From: an uncultured Candidatus Saccharibacteria bacterium
GTDB lineage: Bacteria; Patescibacteriota; Minisyncoccia; UBA6257; GWB1-50-10
Direction: 5' to 3'
Assembly: GCA_964366055.1 (NCBI GenBank)
Contig: CAYISE010000004.1
Location: 1 to 39,048, forward strand
DNA: 39,048 nucleotides
This document shows, piece after piece, positions 36,242 to 39,048 of the stretch (its first letter is position 1; every line of letters starts with the position of its first letter). The notes under the pieces were generated by a model, which ran no database searches, was not told the DNA's origin, and worked only from the letters and a program-made list of their open reading frames with translations. A program made the position numbers and the translations under genes.

Positions 36242-36628
36242 ATGAGCGCGAAAAATACATTCGTCTTGGCGGGGATATTAGTTTTGGTTTTAATTGTCTT
36301 TTCCCTGATATGGTATTGGACGGGTGCCGGTAGCGGTAAACCAAACCCGGCATTGGATAGTTTCGCGATGTGTTTAAGAGACAAGCAGGTAACGATGTAC
36401 GGCGCTTACTGGTGTTCGCACTGCCAGAACGAGAAACGGGCCTTCGGCGATTCATTCAGGTTTGTGCCCTATGTGGAGTGCACGCGGGAAACGGCGAAGT
36501 GCGCGGCGGCGGGAATAGAAGGTTTCCCGACTTGGATTTTTCCGGACGGGAGAAAACTCGTGGGAGAGCAAGGATTGCGGAGAATTTCCCAGGAGAGCGG
36601 GTGTCCTTATGAAAATCAAAAACTTTGA
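36242..36628 (+). CDS. Membrane-anchored thioredoxin-like protein
   Basis: MYGAYWCSHC, YVEC, GFPTW. Confidence 0.88.
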   Translation: MSAKNTFVLAGILVLVLIVFSLIWYWTGAGSGKPNPALDSFAMCLRDKQVTMYGAYWCSHCQNEKRAFGDSFRFVPYVECTRETAKCAAAGIEGFPTWIFPDGRKLVGEQGLRRISQESGCPYENQKL

Positions 36629-37889
36629 AAAACTGGCCGTGACGGATTTGAGAAAAACCGCCTTGGAAATTGCCGAGGCGGGATTGGAAGCGATTGACAC
36701 GGAAAAGGCGGTTAAAAAAGAAGTGATTTTGAACGGCGAAATTCTTCGGATAAAAGACGAGAGTTTTAATCTCGCGGGTTTTGAGCGCGTTTTTGTGGTG
36801 GCGGTCGGGAAGTGTTCGTTGGAAGCCGGAAAGGCGTTTGAGGAAATCTTGGGCGATAGATTGACCAACGGGATAGTTTTAGATATTCGCCCCGGCAATT
36901 TGAGGAAGATTAGAACGTTTACCGGAACGCATCCCTTTCCCACAACGGAAAATGTGAATGCCACGGCGGAAATCATCCAGCTTCTTTCGTCGCTCGCCGA
37001 AAAGGACTTCGTGATTTTCGTAATTTCCGGCGGCGGTTCTACGCTTCTCTGCCAGCCGCAGAATTTGATTTGTCAAGACGAAAAGGAAATCTTGAACTAT
37101 CTTTTTAAGGCCGGCGCGGATATTGAAGAAATCAATACTATCCGCAAACATCTGTCGCTCGCACGGGGCGGACATCTCGCGGCTTATACCCATCCGGCGC
37201 AATCGGTTGCCTTGATTTTTTCGGATGTGCCGGGCGGCGCTTTAGAATTTGTCGCTTCCGGACCGACGATTAGGGACACGACGACAGTAGAAGATGCCCG
37301 TCGCGTTTTGGAAAAATATGAGGTAGAAAAAATCACGGGGCTGAAAATTAACCCGCTTGAGACACCGAAAGAGGATAAATATTTTGAGAAAGTCGCGAAC
37401 ATTCTCTTTCTGGATAATATGACAGCTCTTTCGGCGATGGCGGAAAAAGCGAGAACGCTCGGGTTCAATGCGAAGATTCGCGCGAATGTTCTGGACGGCG
37501 AGGCCAGGGAGACGGGCGAGAATATTGCGCTTAATTTGAATGAGGCGGAAGAAAGAACCGCGATTCTCCATGGTGGCGAAACAACCGTATCCGTAAAAGG
37601 CGCGGGAAAAGGCGGCCGCAATCAGGAGGTGATTTTGGGCGCTCTGAAAAAAATCGAGGTAAATCAGCTTGTTCTTTCGCTGGCTTCCGACGGTCGCGAC
37701 AATACCGATTTCGCCGGCGCACTCTGTGATACAATAACAAGGAAAAAGGCGGAAGAATTGAATTTGAAACCGGATGAGTTTTTGAAAAATAATGACTCTT
37801 ACGAGTTTTTTGAGCAAGTCGGAGATTATATCCTCACCGGCGACACCGGTTCCAATGTTTCGGATCTGATTATCGCGATAAAAAAATAA
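36609..37889 (+). CDS. Glycerate kinase type 2 (MOFRL family)
   Basis: HPFP, ISGGGS, RKHLS, SDVPG, ASGPT, GGETTV, GGRNQE, TGSNVSD. Confidence 0.92.
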   Translation: MKIKNFEKLAVTDLRKTALEIAEAGLEAIDTEKAVKKEVILNGEILRIKDESFNLAGFERVFVVAVGKCSLEAGKAFEEILGDRLTNGIVLDIRPGNLRKIRTFTGTHPFPTTENVNATAEIIQLLSSLAEKDFVIFVISGGGSTLLCQPQNLICQDEKEILNYLFKAGADIEEINTIRKHLSLARGGHLAAYTHPAQSVALIFSDVPGGALEFVASGPTIRDTTTVEDARRVLEKYEVEKITGLKINPLETPKEDKYFEKVANILFLDNMTALSAMAEKARTLGFNAKIRANVLDGEARETGENIALNLNEAEERTAILHGGETTVSVKGAGKGGRNQEVILGALKKIEVNQLVLSLASDGRDNTDFAGALCDTITRKKAEELNLKPDEFLKNNDSYEFFEQVGDYILTGDTGSNVSDLIIAIKK

Positions 37890-37891
37890 AA

Positions 37892-39048
37892 ATGGCTCAA
37901 TCCAAGAAAAAATCTTTCGTTTTGTGGTTTAAGGAAATTGGGATTAAGGATGTGCCGCTTGTGGGCGGGAAGAACGCGGCGCTGGGCGAGATGTATTCTC
38001 ATCTAACGCCGCTCGGGGTTAATATTCCCGATGGGTTTGCGCTTACGGCCTACGCCTACAGATTCTTCCTGAAGAAAACCGGTTTGGATAAAGAAATCCA
38101 AAAGTTTTTGAAAGGGATTAATATAAAAGATATCCGCGATTTGCAGAAACGCGGGGAGGCGATTCGCGAAACGATTATCGCGGCCGAATTGCCCAAGGAA
38201 CTGGTGAAAGCGCTCCGCGAGGCGTATCGCAAATTGGAGCGGATGTACGGAAAAAATTGCGACACGGCCGTGCGCTCTTCCGCCACAGCGGAGGACTTGC
38301 CCGGGGCTTCTTTCGCCGGCCAGCAGGAGACATATCTGAATGTGGTTGGGGCGGAGGCGGTTCTTCACGCGACAAAGAAATGCGTCGCGTCGCTTTTCAC
38401 CGACCGGGCGATTTCCTATCGCGCGGATAAGGGATTTTCGCACGCGGACGCGGCGCTTTCGGTGGGCATCCAGAAAATGGTGCGCTCCGACCTCGCCTCA
38501 AGCGGCGTTATTTTCACCATTGATACCGAGAGCGGTTTTGACAAAGTCATCGTGATTACCGGTTCGTGGGGTTTGGGCGAGATGGTAGTGCAGGGCAAGG
38601 TGACGCCGGACGAATTTATGGTTTTCAAACCGACGCTGGAGACCGGCTACCGGGCGATCATTGAACAAAACCTCGGGGAGAAGAATACAAAGCTTGTTTA
38701 CGCGAAAGAGGGGACGAAAAAGGCGGACGTTTCCGAGAGCAATCAAGCCAAGTTCTGTCTTTCCGAAGACGAAGTGCTCGCGCTCGCGAAGTGGTCCCTT
38801 TTGATAGAAAAGTATTTTTCTAAAATCCACAAGCGCTATCAACCGATGGACATTGAATGGGCCAAGGACGGCAAAACAAAAAAACTATTCATTGTGCAGG
38901 CGCGGCCGGAAACCGTTCAGGCCCTGACCGACAAGAAAATTTATAGGGAATATCATCTTCAGAAACAGAGCAAGGTCTTGGTGAGCGGTATCGCGGTGGG
39001 CGCTAAAATCGGCGCGGGGCCGGCGCGGATTATAAGAAACGTGAAAAA
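37892..39048 (+). CDS. ppsA: Phosphoenolpyruvate synthase, truncated by the window edge
   Basis: Read manually: VGGKNAALGEM, AVRSSATAEDLPGASFAGQQETYLN, MDIEWAKDG, IVQARPETV. Confidence 0.95.
   Translation, partial: MAQSKKKSFVLWFKEIGIKDVPLVGGKNAALGEMYSHLTPLGVNIPDGFALTAYAYRFFLKKTGLDKEIQKFLKGINIKDIRDLQKRGEAIRETIIAAELPKELVKALREAYRKLERMYGKNCDTAVRSSATAEDLPGASFAGQQETYLNVVGAEAVLHATKKCVASLFTDRAISYRADKGFSHADAALSVGIQKMVRSDLASSGVIFTIDTESGFDKVIVITGSWGLGEMVVQGKVTPDEFMVFKPTLETGYRAIIEQNLGEKNTKLVYAKEGTKKADVSESNQAKFCLSEDEVLALAKWSLLIEKYFSKIHKRYQPMDIEWAKDGKTKKLFIVQARPETVQALTDKKIYREYHLQKQSKVLVSGIAVGAKIGAGPARIIRNVK

Noticed and set aside
38003-38842. Short ORFs on both strands near the right end, and similar shadow ORFs over other long genes
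   Set aside because: Antisense or off-frame shadows of ppsA and other well-supported genes

Overview
Chromosomal window from a small-genome bacterium, most likely Candidate Phyla Radiation (Patescibacteria, Parcubacteria-like). Pointers: GAD-less AspRS, EF-P with an MQQR loop, WWNP-type secreted protein, paired VirD4-like ATPases, split ComEC; standard genetic code. Bases 1-~3.76 kb are a decaying AT-rich island integrated at tRNA-Asn, with a truncated large serine recombinase, a C4-like structured RNA and small membrane or secreted ORFs, two of them broken. The rest is mostly + strand housekeeping: tRNA-Lys, exonuclease, NRAMP, hisS, UDG, UvrD, glutaredoxin, malic enzyme, secDF, efp, mnmA, comEC, aspS, ndk, a 6S-like RNA, a metal/thiol-redox operon, glycerate kinase and ppsA. 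The most striking signal is a dispersed family of highly structured ~130-180 nt elements (four intergenic copies, one nested relative, one in-frame insertion in mnmA). Their stems covary, their loops are conserved, and their mismatches become G-U or tandem G-A pairs on the minus strand. Two nested insertions carry direct-repeat flanks, and several short palindrome families co-occur. A second candidate system is a leaderless Cys/His membrane leader ORF ending WLAYHEHSPS, with a hairpin over its stop codon, upstream of the metal/redox operon. All family assignments are by motif recognition; no database searches were run.
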